Assembly (NCBI GenBank): GCA_963733035.1
Contig: CAVTBU010000005.1
Span: 2,336,001-2,400,000, forward strand
DNA from: Pirellulales bacterium
GTDB taxonomy: Bacteria; Planctomycetota; Planctomycetia; Pirellulales; PALSA-1355
Length of the DNA: 64,000 bases
Direction: 5' to 3'
Shown one piece after another: positions 32,107 through 42,883 of this stretch. How positions within the stretch are numbered: position 1 is the first letter of the stretch; the number at the start of each line of letters is the position of its first letter. The notes under the pieces were generated by a model. It was not told where the DNA came from. It saw nothing but the letters and a program-made list of their open reading frames with translations, and made no database searches. The translations under genes and the position numbers were made by a program.

Positions 32107-35100
32107 ATGGCAATTCCATTTCGTTGGTCGCGGTTGCGCCGCAGGGGTCGCTCAGCGCGCCGATCGTCGGCCGCGGCTAGCAACCGCCTAGGCCTGAGCG
32201 GCGAAATGCTCGAAGAGCGCCGTCTGCTGACGATCACCCCGGCGCTGCTGGCGGACATCAACACGGACTCATCGCTCAATATTGAAGGCACGCCGTCCGT
32301 GGACGAATCGGGGCTGATCTTCTTTGGGGACAATTTCGGTGATCTCTGGCGCACCGACGGTACTCCGCAGGGCACATTCTTCGTGTCACACCCGAACATC
32401 GGATTCTTCTCTGACCCGACAAGCATAGGGAATACAACGTTCTTTTGGTCTGGCTTTAGCGGAAACGAAATTTGGGTCAGCGACGGCACCTATGCCGGAA
32501 CAAAGTCGATTGCCACGTTTCAACTTGGCGTCCAACCAAGCACGATTTTCGACGTCGCCGGGACCGCGTACTTCGTTGCGTCCGATGGAACGCATGGCCA
32601 GGAACTCTGGAAAAGCGACGGCACCAGTAGCGGCACGGTCATGGTCGCCGACATCAATCCCGGCTCCGCCAGTTCGGGAATCGCGAACCTGACCAACGCC
32701 GACGGCACCCTGTTCTTTACGGCCGACGACGGCGTGCACGGACAGGAGCTCTGGAAAGTCGGCGCCGACGGCACGCCGACGATCTTCGACGTCAATCCGG
32801 GGTCGGCCACTTCACAAACGGCCAATCTCAAGGACGTCAACGGAACGCTGTTCTTTACGGCTTATAGCGCGCAGGCCGGCTTCGGCCTGTGGAAAGTCGA
32901 GCCGGGGGCGCAAGCCGCCCAGCAGGTTAAGGGGTTCATCTCGCAACCCTCCCTCACTGAGTTCGACCTGACCAATGTCGACGGCACGCTGTTTTTTGGC
33001 GCGGTTTCAACCTATGGCGGACCCCAACAACTCTGGAAAAGCGATGGCACTGCGGCGGGGACGCAAGCCATCCCTGGCGGCTATACGCTTCCCAGCGGTT
33101 TTGACCAGTTGAAAATGGCAAGTGTGGGAGGGTGGCTCTACTTTTTCTCGACTGATTCCTCGAGTGGCAACGAGATGGCTTCCCTCTGGAAGACCGATGG
33201 TACGCCAGAAAACACGGTGCAGGTGCGAGGCGGTTTTCAGGGTGGGGTCGACTATATTTATGGCGGGGGCAACGGTCACCTAACCGCCGTTGGCAACCTG
33301 CTGATGTTCGGTGCCAACAACGGCACCGGCGGGGAGGAACTTTGGAAGAGCGATGGTACCACCGCGGGGACAGTGCTGGTGAACAACAATGGGACTCAAT
33401 TCTTCGGCAATTCTGGAACTGTCGTGGGAAGCACGCTGTATTTTGAGGCGGCCGATTCGACGCACCACACCGAGGTCTGGCGGAGCGATGGCACCACCGC
33501 CGGCACCCAGATGCTGACCAGATTTGCGCAGCACACCGACTCAAGCACCAATGGGTATGGAGCGGCCGTCGTCCCAGGAAACGACGTCGCGTACTTTACC
33601 ACTTACGCTCACGACAACAGCCACCCTCAGCTTTGGAAAACCGACGGCACCACGGCCGGAACCGTCCCTGTCAAAGACAACTTCTATCAAATTGAAGGCA
33701 GCGGGTTCGGAATCAATTCTCACATGCTGACGGTCGGTAACTGGCTCTACTTCTCTGCAAGCGATGGCGTCAACGGCGATGAGCTATGGCGCAGCGACGG
33801 CACCCAGACCGGAACTCAACTCGTGGCAGACATCACCCCCGGTAGCGGCGGTTCGTACCCTCGTGGCCTGACTTGGTTTGGTGGCAAACTGTTCTTCGAT
33901 GCTGGACCGTTGGGACAACCTTCTCTCCTGTACACCAGTGATGGAACCGCCGCCGGAACCCACGCGCTTGCTCCGGATAAACTTGGCAGCTCTGCTTTTG
34001 CGATGCTCCCGATGGGCGATTCATTGTACTTCACCGCCAAACCGATCGGCAGCAACACACTTGAACTTTGGAAAACCGACGGGACCTCCGAAGGAACCGT
34101 ACTGGTCAGAGACATCTCGGCGGAAAATCTCATCAATGTAAACGGAACGTTGTACTTTGTGGGCAAAGATCCCAGCAATGACACGGGATCTGAACTCTGG
34201 AAGAGCGATGGGACGACCGCCGGAACGGTGCAGTTAAAGGACATCAATCCCAGCTTCACTTCCCCTGGCGTACCCGCCAGTTCGTTTCCCAGCGCGTTTA
34301 CCAACGTCGACGGCACGCTGTTCTTCTCAGCCGACGACGGAGTGCACGGGCCGGAACTCTGGAAGAGCGACGGTACCGCGGATGGAACGGTACTGGTCAA
34401 AGACATCCGCCCCTCGGCACTGGATGGCACGGCCTCTTTAACCGATCTGACCGCCGTCGGAAATCAGTTGTTTTTCACGATCGACGACGGGGTTCATGGC
34501 CGCGAACTCTGGAAGAGCGACGGCACCGGCGCCGGAACCACGCTCGTCAAGGACCTCATGCCAGGCAGCGCCACGTCGTCCATCAGCAATCTGATCAACG
34601 TGAACGGGCGGTTGTTTTTCACGGGCACCGATGGCGTACACTACGGCCTGTGGATGAGCGACGGCTACCCGCAGGGAACCGTCTTTGTCAGTGACATCCC
34701 AATCGACATCATTCGGGGCGGAGGGGCCGCAAACTTTACCGTCGCCCTCAATCGGTTGTTCTTTACGATGGACGACAGCGTTCATGGTATGGAAAACTGG
34801 ACCATCGCGCCGCCACCCGTGCCGCAACTTTTCTACAACAACTCGCACTTTGACGGTAACAACCCAGCCGCCACGGCCGACGACGATGCGGCCCTTGCTT
34901 CGGACAAAACGGCCTACCTGCCCGGCGGCGGCCTGGCCGGCTTCAACAACATCAGCAGCAGCCCCCAGGGCATCAACGGCCTGGCCCTCGACTTTGCCGG
35001 CTCGCACCCCGACATCACGGCCGCCGACTTCACGTTCAAGGTCGGCACCAGCAATGCACCCGACAGCTGGTCGGATGCGCCGCCCCCAAGCGTGGTTTCG

Positions 35101-35805
35101 GTGCGGGCGGGCGCCGGCGACGGCGGCGGAGACCGCGTGGAGCTGGTCTGGCCCGACGGAGCCATCAAAAACACCTGGCTGCAAGTGACCGTGGCCGCCA
35201 ACAGCCGCACGGGTCTGACCGATCCGTTTGTCTTCTACTTCGGCAATCGCGTCGGCGATACCGGCACGGCCGATCCGTCGACGTTCGCGCTATCCAGCGC
35301 CGCCGATCAAATCGAAATTCGCACGCACTCCGGTAGCGACCAGCCGATCACGAGTCCTTACGACATCAACCGCGATGGAGCCGTCGACGGCACTGATGAA
35401 TCCATCGCCCGGCAAAACCCCGGCTTCCTGCCGATGCTCAACCTGCCCGTCGCGGCCCAAACGCCGCTGGCCGCGCCATCGGCGGCAACGGCAGTGGCGG
35501 TCGACTTTTCGGCCGCAACTTTGGGCGGGTCCAACGTAGTCGGCGAGGCCAGCGATCTAGCCGCGGGGCAAGCAGTCGCTTCGGCATTGGCGCAGGCGTT
35601 TACCGACGATGAGCTACTGGAGCCGGTCGATGTTTCCGCCGTAGCACCGCCGGTCGCGGCACTGGCGAAGCCGCCGCAGGAGCAAGCCGTTGCGCAAGTC
35701 TTGGACGCCTCGGCTGCCGCACTGGCGGAACTCGACATCACGCTGGGAGACAGCGATACCAATTCCCAGGGCGACGATTCGTTCGACTCGCCATCGTTGT
35801 CCTGA
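32107..35805 (+). CDS. Large ELWxxDGT-repeat surface protein with planctomycete extracellular signal and dockerin-like C-terminus
   Basis: Arg-rich leader plus EMLEERRLL; about 17 ELWxxDGT-type repeats; LFYNNSHFDG domain and DINRDGAVDGTD. Confidence 0.9.
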   Translation: MAIPFRWSRLRRRGRSARRSSAAASNRLGLSGEMLEERRLLTITPALLADINTDSSLNIEGTPSVDESGLIFFGDNFGDLWRTDGTPQGTFFVSHPNIGFFSDPTSIGNTTFFWSGFSGNEIWVSDGTYAGTKSIATFQLGVQPSTIFDVAGTAYFVASDGTHGQELWKSDGTSSGTVMVADINPGSASSGIANLTNADGTLFFTADDGVHGQELWKVGADGTPTIFDVNPGSATSQTANLKDVNGTLFFTAYSAQAGFGLWKVEPGAQAAQQVKGFISQPSLTEFDLTNVDGTLFFGAVSTYGGPQQLWKSDGTAAGTQAIPGGYTLPSGFDQLKMASVGGWLYFFSTDSSSGNEMASLWKTDGTPENTVQVRGGFQGGVDYIYGGGNGHLTAVGNLLMFGANNGTGGEELWKSDGTTAGTVLVNNNGTQFFGNSGTVVGSTLYFEAADSTHHTEVWRSDGTTAGTQMLTRFAQHTDSSTNGYGAAVVPGNDVAYFTTYAHDNSHPQLWKTDGTTAGTVPVKDNFYQIEGSGFGINSHMLTVGNWLYFSASDGVNGDELWRSDGTQTGTQLVADITPGSGGSYPRGLTWFGGKLFFDAGPLGQPSLLYTSDGTAAGTHALAPDKLGSSAFAMLPMGDSLYFTAKPIGSNTLELWKTDGTSEGTVLVRDISAENLINVNGTLYFVGKDPSNDTGSELWKSDGTTAGTVQLKDINPSFTSPGVPASSFPSAFTNVDGTLFFSADDGVHGPELWKSDGTADGTVLVKDIRPSALDGTASLTDLTAVGNQLFFTIDDGVHGRELWKSDGTGAGTTLVKDLMPGSATSSISNLINVNGRLFFTGTDGVHYGLWMSDGYPQGTVFVSDIPIDIIRGGGAANFTVALNRLFFTMDDSVHGMENWTIAPPPVPQLFYNNSHFDGNNPAATADDDAALASDKTAYLPGGGLAGFNNISSSPQGINGLALDFAGSHPDITAADFTFKVGTSNAPDSWSDAPPPSVVSVRAGAGDGGGDRVELVWPDGAIKNTWLQVTVAANSRTGLTDPFVFYFGNRVGDTGTADPSTFALSSAADQIEIRTHSGSDQPITSPYDINRDGAVDGTDESIARQNPGFLPMLNLPVAAQTPLAAPSAATAVAVDFSAATLGGSNVVGEASDLAAGQAVASALAQAFTDDELLEPVDVSAVAPPVAALAKPPQEQAVAQVLDASAAALAELDITLGDSDTNSQGDDSFDSPSLS

Positions 35806-35816
35806 CCGCCCGCCCG

Positions 35817-36932
35817 TTACGACTCGTCGGGCGAAGACATGCCGGGCGTGGGATCGCGGCGCCACCAATGGTGGCCGGGCGCGGTGTAGCAGAAGTGGAT
35901 TTCCGAACTCTGGCCGTTGAGCATCGCTCCTTGCCGCACGCCGGGCAGGAAATCGATTTCGAAGATCTCCTCGCAACCGCTCGTGAAGCGAAACATCGCC
36001 GCCGGCTGACCCGTGCGCAGGTCGACGACCGCCAAACCGCACATCAATTCGTCGAACTTCGCGGCGATCGGCAAGCCGCCAAAGATGTGCTGCTCGCGAA
36101 TCAGGCACATGCCCACCACGGCATACGGCCCCAAAAAACAGAGCCCCCGCACGTAGCCCGGCAGCGTGCACACCACTTCCAACGTTCCCTTGGCCGGATT
36201 GACGTAACCGAGTTGTCCGTGCCCCGAGTTGAGCACCCACAATCGGTTGTCGTACCACCGCGGCGTATGCGGCATCGCCAGCCCGCGGGCCACGACCTGC
36301 CCGTCGGGCACACCCAGCACGACGCCGCCGGTGACTTTATCGGCGCGCCAACCGCCGGCCGTATTGGTGGTGCCGAGGCACGTGACAAACCGCGGCTCGC
36401 CGTCGACCATCGCCATGCCGTTCATGTGGCAGCGGTCCTCGGGCGCCAGGTCGGTAATGAACGGCGGCTGCCATTGCGGAACGAAGTGATAGTCTTCCGA
36501 GAGCGAAGCCAGGCAACTGAACCGGGTGTTAACGACCCACAAGCCAGACTTGCCGAAGGCCAATCCATGCACGGCCACCTCGCCGATGCGATAGGCCACG
36601 CGCGGCAAATAGAGCGCATCGTAGTGGAGGTTGTCTCCCAATTGCAGATCGGGCGCCAGGGCCGGGGCATTGTGCAACAGCACCACTTCCTCGAGCGTCC
36701 CGACGGCCATCCGCTGCCCCTGCACGGCCATGCCCATTGGCCGCGGGAAATCGCGCCAGTGCAGCCGAATGCCGCTGCCATCCCATCCCAGCAGCGCGAT
36801 CTTGCCGGCCTGATAACAGGTGACCACCAACGAACCACCCAGCTCCGCCAGCCAAGGCCCGAAAGTGTCGGTGTAGGCGCAGGTGATCCCGACCGATTCG
36901 GGCGGAGGAGACGAGGAATCGTTGGAGGCCAT
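35817..36932 (-). CDS. TIGR03032 (DUF4915) family protein
   Basis: CYQAGK, RPMG, VNTRFSCLA, EDRCHMNG, MPHTPRW and LPGYVRGL. Confidence 0.9.
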   Translation of the reverse strand: MASNDSSSPPPESVGITCAYTDTFGPWLAELGGSLVVTCYQAGKIALLGWDGSGIRLHWRDFPRPMGMAVQGQRMAVGTLEEVVLLHNAPALAPDLQLGDNLHYDALYLPRVAYRIGEVAVHGLAFGKSGLWVVNTRFSCLASLSEDYHFVPQWQPPFITDLAPEDRCHMNGMAMVDGEPRFVTCLGTTNTAGGWRADKVTGGVVLGVPDGQVVARGLAMPHTPRWYDNRLWVLNSGHGQLGYVNPAKGTLEVVCTLPGYVRGLCFLGPYAVVGMCLIREQHIFGGLPIAAKFDELMCGLAVVDLRTGQPAAMFRFTSGCEEIFEIDFLPGVRQGAMLNGQSSEIHFCYTAPGHHWWRRDPTPGMSSPDES

Positions 36933-37156
36933 CGCGTCACGAACCAAAACAAACAACGAAAAACAATCTCACGACAACACGGCGCGTCCCCGTCCAGAGA
37001 ATCGCACCAGCCGGCCGTGCACCGCCGCTACGAGCTAGTAAAGCATAGGCCCCCCCAAGCGATCGGGACGCCCCTTGCCGATCGATCTTAATCGGCCATG
37101 CGACTGTCGGGCAACCGCGCCAGCGCACCGGGGACAACGCGAACCCGTCAAGGCGA

Positions 37157-38737
37157 CTAGCGAATCGCTTTCTCCGATTTCATGAACTTCCGCCAGTCCA
37201 CCGGCACGTCATTCTCCAACTCGGATCCCGGCGTGCTGCGGCCGCGGGCGATAAGCTGCTCGAGCAGTGCCGTCATTTCGCTGGCGATCTCCGGTTGCCG
37301 TGCGTACTGGTTCCGTGTTTCGGCCAGATCGTCGTCCAGATTGTAGAGCTGTGCCGGCTGCCCATCGGGCTTGCTCGCCGAAAGCCGACTCCACGCGCCG
37401 CCTCCGCTGGGTCCGAACAGCATCTTCCACGCGCCGCGCCGCAGCGCGAACTGTCCCTGGGATCCTTGGCTCACGGCATGCTCGCGCACCGGCGCGCGGC
37501 TTCCTTTCAACAGCGGCAGCAGGCTGTAGCTGTCCGGCCCGGCATGCTCCGGCAGCTCGGCGCCGACGACGTCGGCCACCGTTGCCATCACGTCCGCCTG
37601 ATGCACGAGCTGGTCGCACACCGTGCCCGGCTCGACGATTCCCGGCCAACGCACGATGAATGCCACTCGATGCCCGCCCTCCCAGGCATCCCCCTTGTAG
37701 CCGCGCAGCGGACCACTCGGAAAATGTCCCTGGGCTTCCAAATGCTCGACGCCGACGTAGGGAGCGAAGCCGTTGTCGCTGGTAAAGACAACCAGCGTGT
37801 TGTCGGCCACGCCGCTCTCGCGCAGCGCCTCGAGCACACGGCCCACGACGTCGTCGGTCTCCAAAATTAAATCGGCCACCGCGCTGTCCAGCCCGCTCTT
37901 GCCGCGCCACGGCTCGGTGACGGCCAGCGGCGTGTGTGGCGAAGTGAGCGGCAGATAGAGAAAAAACGGCTGGCCGGTCGCAGCCCGCTCCTTGATATAG
38001 GCGCGGGCACGATCGGCCAACGTCGGCAGCACCTGCTCGAGCTGCCAACCCGCAAGCGCCGGTCCCGGCAAGCTTGCCAGATGATTCTCAAACAGTTCCT
38101 CCGGCAAGAACTCCGTCGGGATGCCGACGGTGCGGTCGTTCTCGATGAAACAATACGGCGGCCAGTTCGGCACGTCGGTGCCAAAGTACTCGTCGAACCC
38201 GCGCGTCGTGGGCCCTCCGGCGATCGGCCGCGAATAAACTTCGCGCCAGGCGTTCCGATGTCGATCGCTCACCGGCGGCACCTGGCCGCGCTCGGGCGCA
38301 AACAGCGCGCGCTGTTCATCCGGAATGTTCCAATCCCAGCCCAAATGCCACTTGCCGATGCAGGTGGTGTGATATCCCTCTCGTTTGAGCAGCCCAGCGA
38401 TCGTGAGTTGCTCCGGCGCGATCAGCGGGTGTTCCAGATACCGGACAATGCCGGCTTGCAACCGCGACCGCCAGTGATACCGGCCAGTGAGCAGCGTGTA
38501 TCGCGATGGCGAACAAACCCCCGAACTCGAGTGCGCGTCGGTAAACCGCATCCCCTCGGCCGCCAGTTGGTCGAAGTGCGGCGTGGGAAGCTTGCTGCGC
38601 GTCGGGTTGTAGCAGTGCACGTCGCCATAGCCCAGGTCGTCGGCCAAAATGACGACGACGTTTGGTCTCTTCGTGTCCTCGTTGGCCAATGCAAGAGGCG
38701 TCAGGAAACAGCTGGCGATCGCAAGAACGAAACGCAT
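37157..38737 (-). CDS. Arylsulfatase
   Basis: ADDLGYGD, CSPSRYTLLTGRY, GKWHLG and SDNG. Confidence 0.92.
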   Translation of the reverse strand: MRFVLAIASCFLTPLALANEDTKRPNVVVILADDLGYGDVHCYNPTRSKLPTPHFDQLAAEGMRFTDAHSSSGVCSPSRYTLLTGRYHWRSRLQAGIVRYLEHPLIAPEQLTIAGLLKREGYHTTCIGKWHLGWDWNIPDEQRALFAPERGQVPPVSDRHRNAWREVYSRPIAGGPTTRGFDEYFGTDVPNWPPYCFIENDRTVGIPTEFLPEELFENHLASLPGPALAGWQLEQVLPTLADRARAYIKERAATGQPFFLYLPLTSPHTPLAVTEPWRGKSGLDSAVADLILETDDVVGRVLEALRESGVADNTLVVFTSDNGFAPYVGVEHLEAQGHFPSGPLRGYKGDAWEGGHRVAFIVRWPGIVEPGTVCDQLVHQADVMATVADVVGAELPEHAGPDSYSLLPLLKGSRAPVREHAVSQGSQGQFALRRGAWKMLFGPSGGGAWSRLSASKPDGQPAQLYNLDDDLAETRNQYARQPEIASEMTALLEQLIARGRSTPGSELENDVPVDWRKFMKSEKAIR

Positions 38738-39078
38738 TAAGCTACCTCGATGAATGGGCGTGAATCCGAAGAATCGCCGCGGCCATCGATTCTAAATGCA
38801 CGCGCGGCAGTCCGCCATGCGCGAACAACTGGCAAAAACTTCTTGACACCGGCGTACCCAGCCACTAGGGTACCCACACGGTTCCACCTCTACGAGTACG
38901 GGCTCGCTACTGCCACGATCTCTTTTGACCGTTGAGTTGCCATCGCGGCTGCAAATCGGTGTCTCAATTGCCGATTCCGATTTGCCGCGTTTCTGAGGCG
39001 ACTTACCTGCAGGTCGAATTGCTTCGTTGACCTCGCGTCTTGCCGCGCGGGTTTCTTTGCAACAGGAGTTCCCAACCC

Positions 39079-39783
39079 ATGCACCGGCAACACTGGACCG
39101 TATTCGTTTTGATTGCGTGCGGATCGCTGGCATTGGCTTCGCCTGAGTCCACGTTTGCGACGACGATCGACGTCGAGTTTTCGAATTTCACCGTGGGCGA
39201 TATGTTTCCCAACGCCAGCTTGCCCACCACGATTGTCGCCGATGGCGTCGACGTCGCCCTGTCAAAATACAACGGCTCTTCGGGCGCAAACGGCACGATT
39301 GTCGACATGCCGCTGTTTGGTTCGTCGAACAACGCATTGTTTCTGGCCGCCGATCTGCGCGCGGAGATTCTCTTGCCTGCGAATTCCAGCGGCGGGTTCT
39401 TTTACTTTCGTGACGACGGCGGATCGAACTTTCTCGAGATCAACGGTCAACTGCTCGCCTTTACCGATTCCGCGCTGGCCGGCGCGGGGAGCACCACATT
39501 GGGCGGAGTCACGGTTTACTCCAATGTACTCGACGACCCAATTCGTAGCGTTAAACTCGACGGCCTGATCCAATCGATTGCTTTTATCGGCCAGGAACTG
39601 ACGATCGACCGCGTGGAGCTCACGCTGGTTCCCGAACCGGCCACCAACTTGCTCGCCCTGGCTGGTACGTTCGTTTTGGCCATCACCTACGTCTCACGGA
39701 TGCGTCCGACGTGTGCGGCCGCGCACCACATCGACTGCGTTCTAAATTTGCCGGCGAACCGTGCGAACGGGCCGGGTCGCTAG
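39079..39783 (+). CDS. PEP-CTERM sorting domain-containing protein
   Basis: AGGAG RBS; signal peptide; VPEPATNLLALAGTFVLA. Confidence 0.75.
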   Translation: MHRQHWTVFVLIACGSLALASPESTFATTIDVEFSNFTVGDMFPNASLPTTIVADGVDVALSKYNGSSGANGTIVDMPLFGSSNNALFLAADLRAEILLPANSSGGFFYFRDDGGSNFLEINGQLLAFTDSALAGAGSTTLGGVTVYSNVLDDPIRSVKLDGLIQSIAFIGQELTIDRVELTLVPEPATNLLALAGTFVLAITYVSRMRPTCAAAHHIDCVLNLPANRANGPGR

Positions 39784-39889
39784 ACACGCGCGTGTGCCAT
39801 GCTACCATTTCTGGTAGACGGGGCCGGGGCCAGCGTCGCGCTTGAACCCCACGGAAAGGCCAAGCATCGTTCAAACCAGGAGTCGTTCC

Positions 39890-40078
39890 ATGTCTGAAAT
39901 TCAAATCACGCTTTCCGAGGCCGAACGTGACCTGTTGTCGCGGATGCTGGAAACCGCCCTGTCCGACAAGCGCGTCGAAGTCCGCCGCACCGAATTCTCT
40001 TCGAAAATGCACGACGAACTGCGCGGCGAGGAAGAGCTGATTCGCCAGCTGCGGGAAAAGCTGGGAGGTTCAGCATAG
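39890..40078 (+). CDS. Small hypothetical protein
   Basis: AGGAG RBS; ITLSEAERDLLSRMLE...RVEVRRT helical protein. Confidence 0.7.
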   Translation: MSEIQITLSEAERDLLSRMLETALSDKRVEVRRTEFSSKMHDELRGEEELIRQLREKLGGSA

Positions 40079-40279
40079 AGAGGACGCGGATTGGAATGTC
40101 GGACTGGGGCTCTCGATAAGCCGACGGCTCGCACGCCAAATGGCCGGTGAACTGTCGCTCGACAACCACCTTCCCGATGGCGCGTGCTTCGTGCTGACAC
40201 TGCCGATCGCAGCCGTCTCCGGCGACTCCGCCGCGTAAAGCGGCGTGTGAGCGTTTTCGATCATTCCCCCGTCGCTCGC

Positions 40280-40963
40280 TCAATCGCGCCGCCCGCTCAG
40301 CAGCGTTAGGTAGTACAGCAGGATCATGATCGACTGCAGCGTGGCGGCCACGTAGGTCCATGCCGCGGCATTCAGCACGGCGTTCACGTGGCCCATCTCC
40401 TCCTGCGGTACGATGCCGAGCTCGACCAGTTGGGCTTTGGCGCGGCTGCTGGCGTTGAACTCCACTGGCAGGTTCACCAGTTGGAAGAACACCACACAGG
40501 CAAACAGGCCCATCCCGATCCAGGCCAGGATGCCGAAATGCAAGAAGTAGCCAGCGATGATCATCAACACGCCGATGCCGCTGCCGAAACTGGCGGCCGG
40601 TACCGCGGCATTGCGGATCGTCAGCGGCGCATAGGAGTGGGCATGCTGCAAGGCGTGCCCGGCCTCGTGCGCCGCAATGCCGACCGACGCCAGCGTCCGC
40701 CCCTGGTAAACCTCGGGGCTCAACCGCAAAACGTGATCGCGGGGGTCGTAGTGGTCGGAAAGCTCGCCGGGAATTTGCTCGATTGCAACGTCCTGCAAAC
40801 CGGCCGAATCCAATATGTGCCGCGCGGCCGCGGCGCCACTCAAAGGCGCCGGCTGTTGACGGGCGGCGGCATAGGTCGCCTTGACGCGATACTGCGCCCA
40901 GAGGGCCAGCAGCAGCGCCGGGGCAATGTAGAGCAAATACCTGGGGTCAAAAAACCCAATCAT
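40280..40963 (-). CDS. Neutral zinc metallopeptidase (YugP/Zn_peptidase_2)
   Basis: LSDHYDP, AAHEAGHALQH, LPVEFNASSRA and AAAWTYVAA. Confidence 0.92.
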   Translation of the reverse strand: MIGFFDPRYLLYIAPALLLALWAQYRVKATYAAARQQPAPLSGAAAARHILDSAGLQDVAIEQIPGELSDHYDPRDHVLRLSPEVYQGRTLASVGIAAHEAGHALQHAHSYAPLTIRNAAVPAASFGSGIGVLMIIAGYFLHFGILAWIGMGLFACVVFFQLVNLPVEFNASSRAKAQLVELGIVPQEEMGHVNAVLNAAAWTYVAATLQSIMILLYYLTLLSGRRD

Positions 40964-41342
40964 CGTTCGATACCTTTCATGGCGCCAATTGCGCGCCTCT
41001 GGTTGCTCCCCAAACGGGAAGCACACGGGTTCTCTGTTAACATCAAAGTGTGCGGGCCTCGGCCGACTGTCTATTTCGTATTCGCCGCAAGGCCTGCGCG
41101 CTTGTTGTCATTCATTAATACGGACAGCGGCAAGGGCGGTTCTGGACCGATCCCCCGCCGACAGGTGGATCGCCCAGCAGAATCAGCACAAGCGATCTAT
41201 CTACCGTATTCTTCGTTTTTTATCCAAAACATTGCCAACGAATGCCGAAGAGCTTAAAACACAACGTTTGCGGCGAGTTTGCTTCCGACTTCGCCGCAGT
41301 GCCCGCCCCGCTCGGAATCGCCCGAACGAACTTCCCAGACGC

Positions 41343-42494
41343 ATGAGGCTGACGCAAGTGCAGACGTGTTCCCCTCGGTCGCAGACCGCCGCTGGTTTCC
41401 TGGCTTTGCTAATCGCGCTCGGCCCCGTCCTGACCAGCGGCTGCAGCAAGCCGCAACCGCAGGTCACCAAGGTTGAGATTCCCGACGAAGATGCCCTCCG
41501 CGAGCGGCTCGATAAGGCGATCACCTTCACCTACAAAAACCGCCACCTGAGCACCAAGGATCAGGCCGCCTGGCAAATCGTGCACGGGGCATTGGCCTAT
41601 GGACCTGACTTTGAAATCTACGCCGATGGCCAACTGAAGCCGGCCATCGCCTACCTGCTCGGCGGCGGCAAATTGCGTGGCTGGGACCTTCGCAAAGGGG
41701 ATCACGGCGTGATGGCCGTGCTCGACGCCGGCTCGAAGATGGGGCAGGGACATCCCGATCAGTGGCTTGGATACCTTTCGCAGTGCGGCCTGACGCTCGA
41801 CGACAAGGTGCAAGTCGGCGACGAAACGTTCACGGTGCGCGACATGCTCACGCAGGCCGAGTGGGATTTGTATGACGGCATGGAAGCAACCTGGACATTG
41901 ATGGCCTTCAGCACCTACTTGCCAATGGACGCCGAGTGGACGTCGAAGGACGGTCAGAAGTGGACCATCGACCGTCTGGCCCGGATGGAAGCCTCGCAAG
42001 ATCTGGCCGACAGCGCCTGCGGCGGCACTCACCGCATGTACGCCCTGACGACCGCCCTCAATCAATACCTGGCCGCAGGCGGCAAGATCGGCGACGACCC
42101 CAACGGCACCTGGGCGCTAGTCGATAAGAAAATCAAAGACACGGTGGCCGCGGCCCGCGAATTTCAGCAGCCCGATGGCAGCTTCTCGACGAACTACTTT
42201 TCGCGCGCCGCCCGCAGCGCCGAGATCAACGACCGCATCGCCACCAGCGGCCACGTGTTCGAGTTCTTGATGGTGGCGCTCGACGACGAGCAACTCAAGC
42301 AGCCCTGGGTCACCCGCGGAATGCTGCATCTGGTCGACTGCTTGGAAAAGACCCAGAAATTCGACCTTGAATGCAGCTCGCTCTACCACGCCGTGCACGG
42401 GCTGAAGCTCTACCGCGAGCGCATGTTCGGCCCGATGAAATCGCTCACGCCGGCGCCCGAACCAGCCGTTACGCAAGCCGCAGCGGCGAACTAG
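41343..42494 (+). CDS. Planctomycete hypothetical lipoprotein
   Basis: LTSGC lipobox; AAWQIVHG, GQGHPDQW, ACGGTH and QQPDGSFSTNYF. Confidence 0.75.
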   Translation: MRLTQVQTCSPRSQTAAGFLALLIALGPVLTSGCSKPQPQVTKVEIPDEDALRERLDKAITFTYKNRHLSTKDQAAWQIVHGALAYGPDFEIYADGQLKPAIAYLLGGGKLRGWDLRKGDHGVMAVLDAGSKMGQGHPDQWLGYLSQCGLTLDDKVQVGDETFTVRDMLTQAEWDLYDGMEATWTLMAFSTYLPMDAEWTSKDGQKWTIDRLARMEASQDLADSACGGTHRMYALTTALNQYLAAGGKIGDDPNGTWALVDKKIKDTVAAAREFQQPDGSFSTNYFSRAARSAEINDRIATSGHVFEFLMVALDDEQLKQPWVTRGMLHLVDCLEKTQKFDLECSSLYHAVHGLKLYRERMFGPMKSLTPAPEPAVTQAAAAN

Positions 42495-42649
42495 GCATAT
42501 CCGACGAAGCCGTCGCACGTTTTTAGCCCGCGTCTGTCGATCACGACCCGCCAGTCGTCGCCCGATAGCGCCCCGGTACGGCGCGATATGGAACGCCGTG
42601 CGGTTCCATGCATTGATTGCCGCTTACCTCTCCGCAAAACCTCGCCCCG

Positions 42650-42658
42650 TGGTAGACT
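42650..42658 (+). promoter_or_regulatory. Extended -10 promoter implying a leaderless transcript
   Basis: TGg-TAGACT (42650-42658), 6 nt before the ATG at 42665; no RBS. Confidence 0.55.
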
Positions 42659-42664
42659 AAGCCC

Positions 42665-42883
42665 ATGCTCGACCACAAGCCAACTCCCAATCGCCAGCGC
42701 TATCTCGAGGTGTTACGCCGCATGTCGCCGGTCGACCGGCTGCGCAAAGCCTGCGAGCTCTCCGACGAAACCCGACGGCTATTCAAGATCGGGCTTGCGC
42801 ACCGCTTCCCCGAGCTTTCCGACTCTGAACTGCACGAACTTTACTTGGAAAAGATGTTCGGATGGCGCAAACCGAACTCCTGA
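42665..42883 (+). CDS. Small helical protein, putative antitoxin partner
   Basis: LRRMSPVDRLRKACELS...GLAHRFPE pattern typical of small genes upstream of nucleotidyltransferases; overlaps the next gene. Confidence 0.65.
   Translation: MLDHKPTPNRQRYLEVLRRMSPVDRLRKACELSDETRRLFKIGLAHRFPELSDSELHELYLEKMFGWRKPNS

Noticed and set aside
32340..34700. Recurrent GAACTCTGGAAGAGCGACGG DNA repeats read as a CRISPR or DGR array
   Set aside because: They are in-frame ELWKSDGT protein repeats inside one ORF; no cas or reverse transcriptase gene is present
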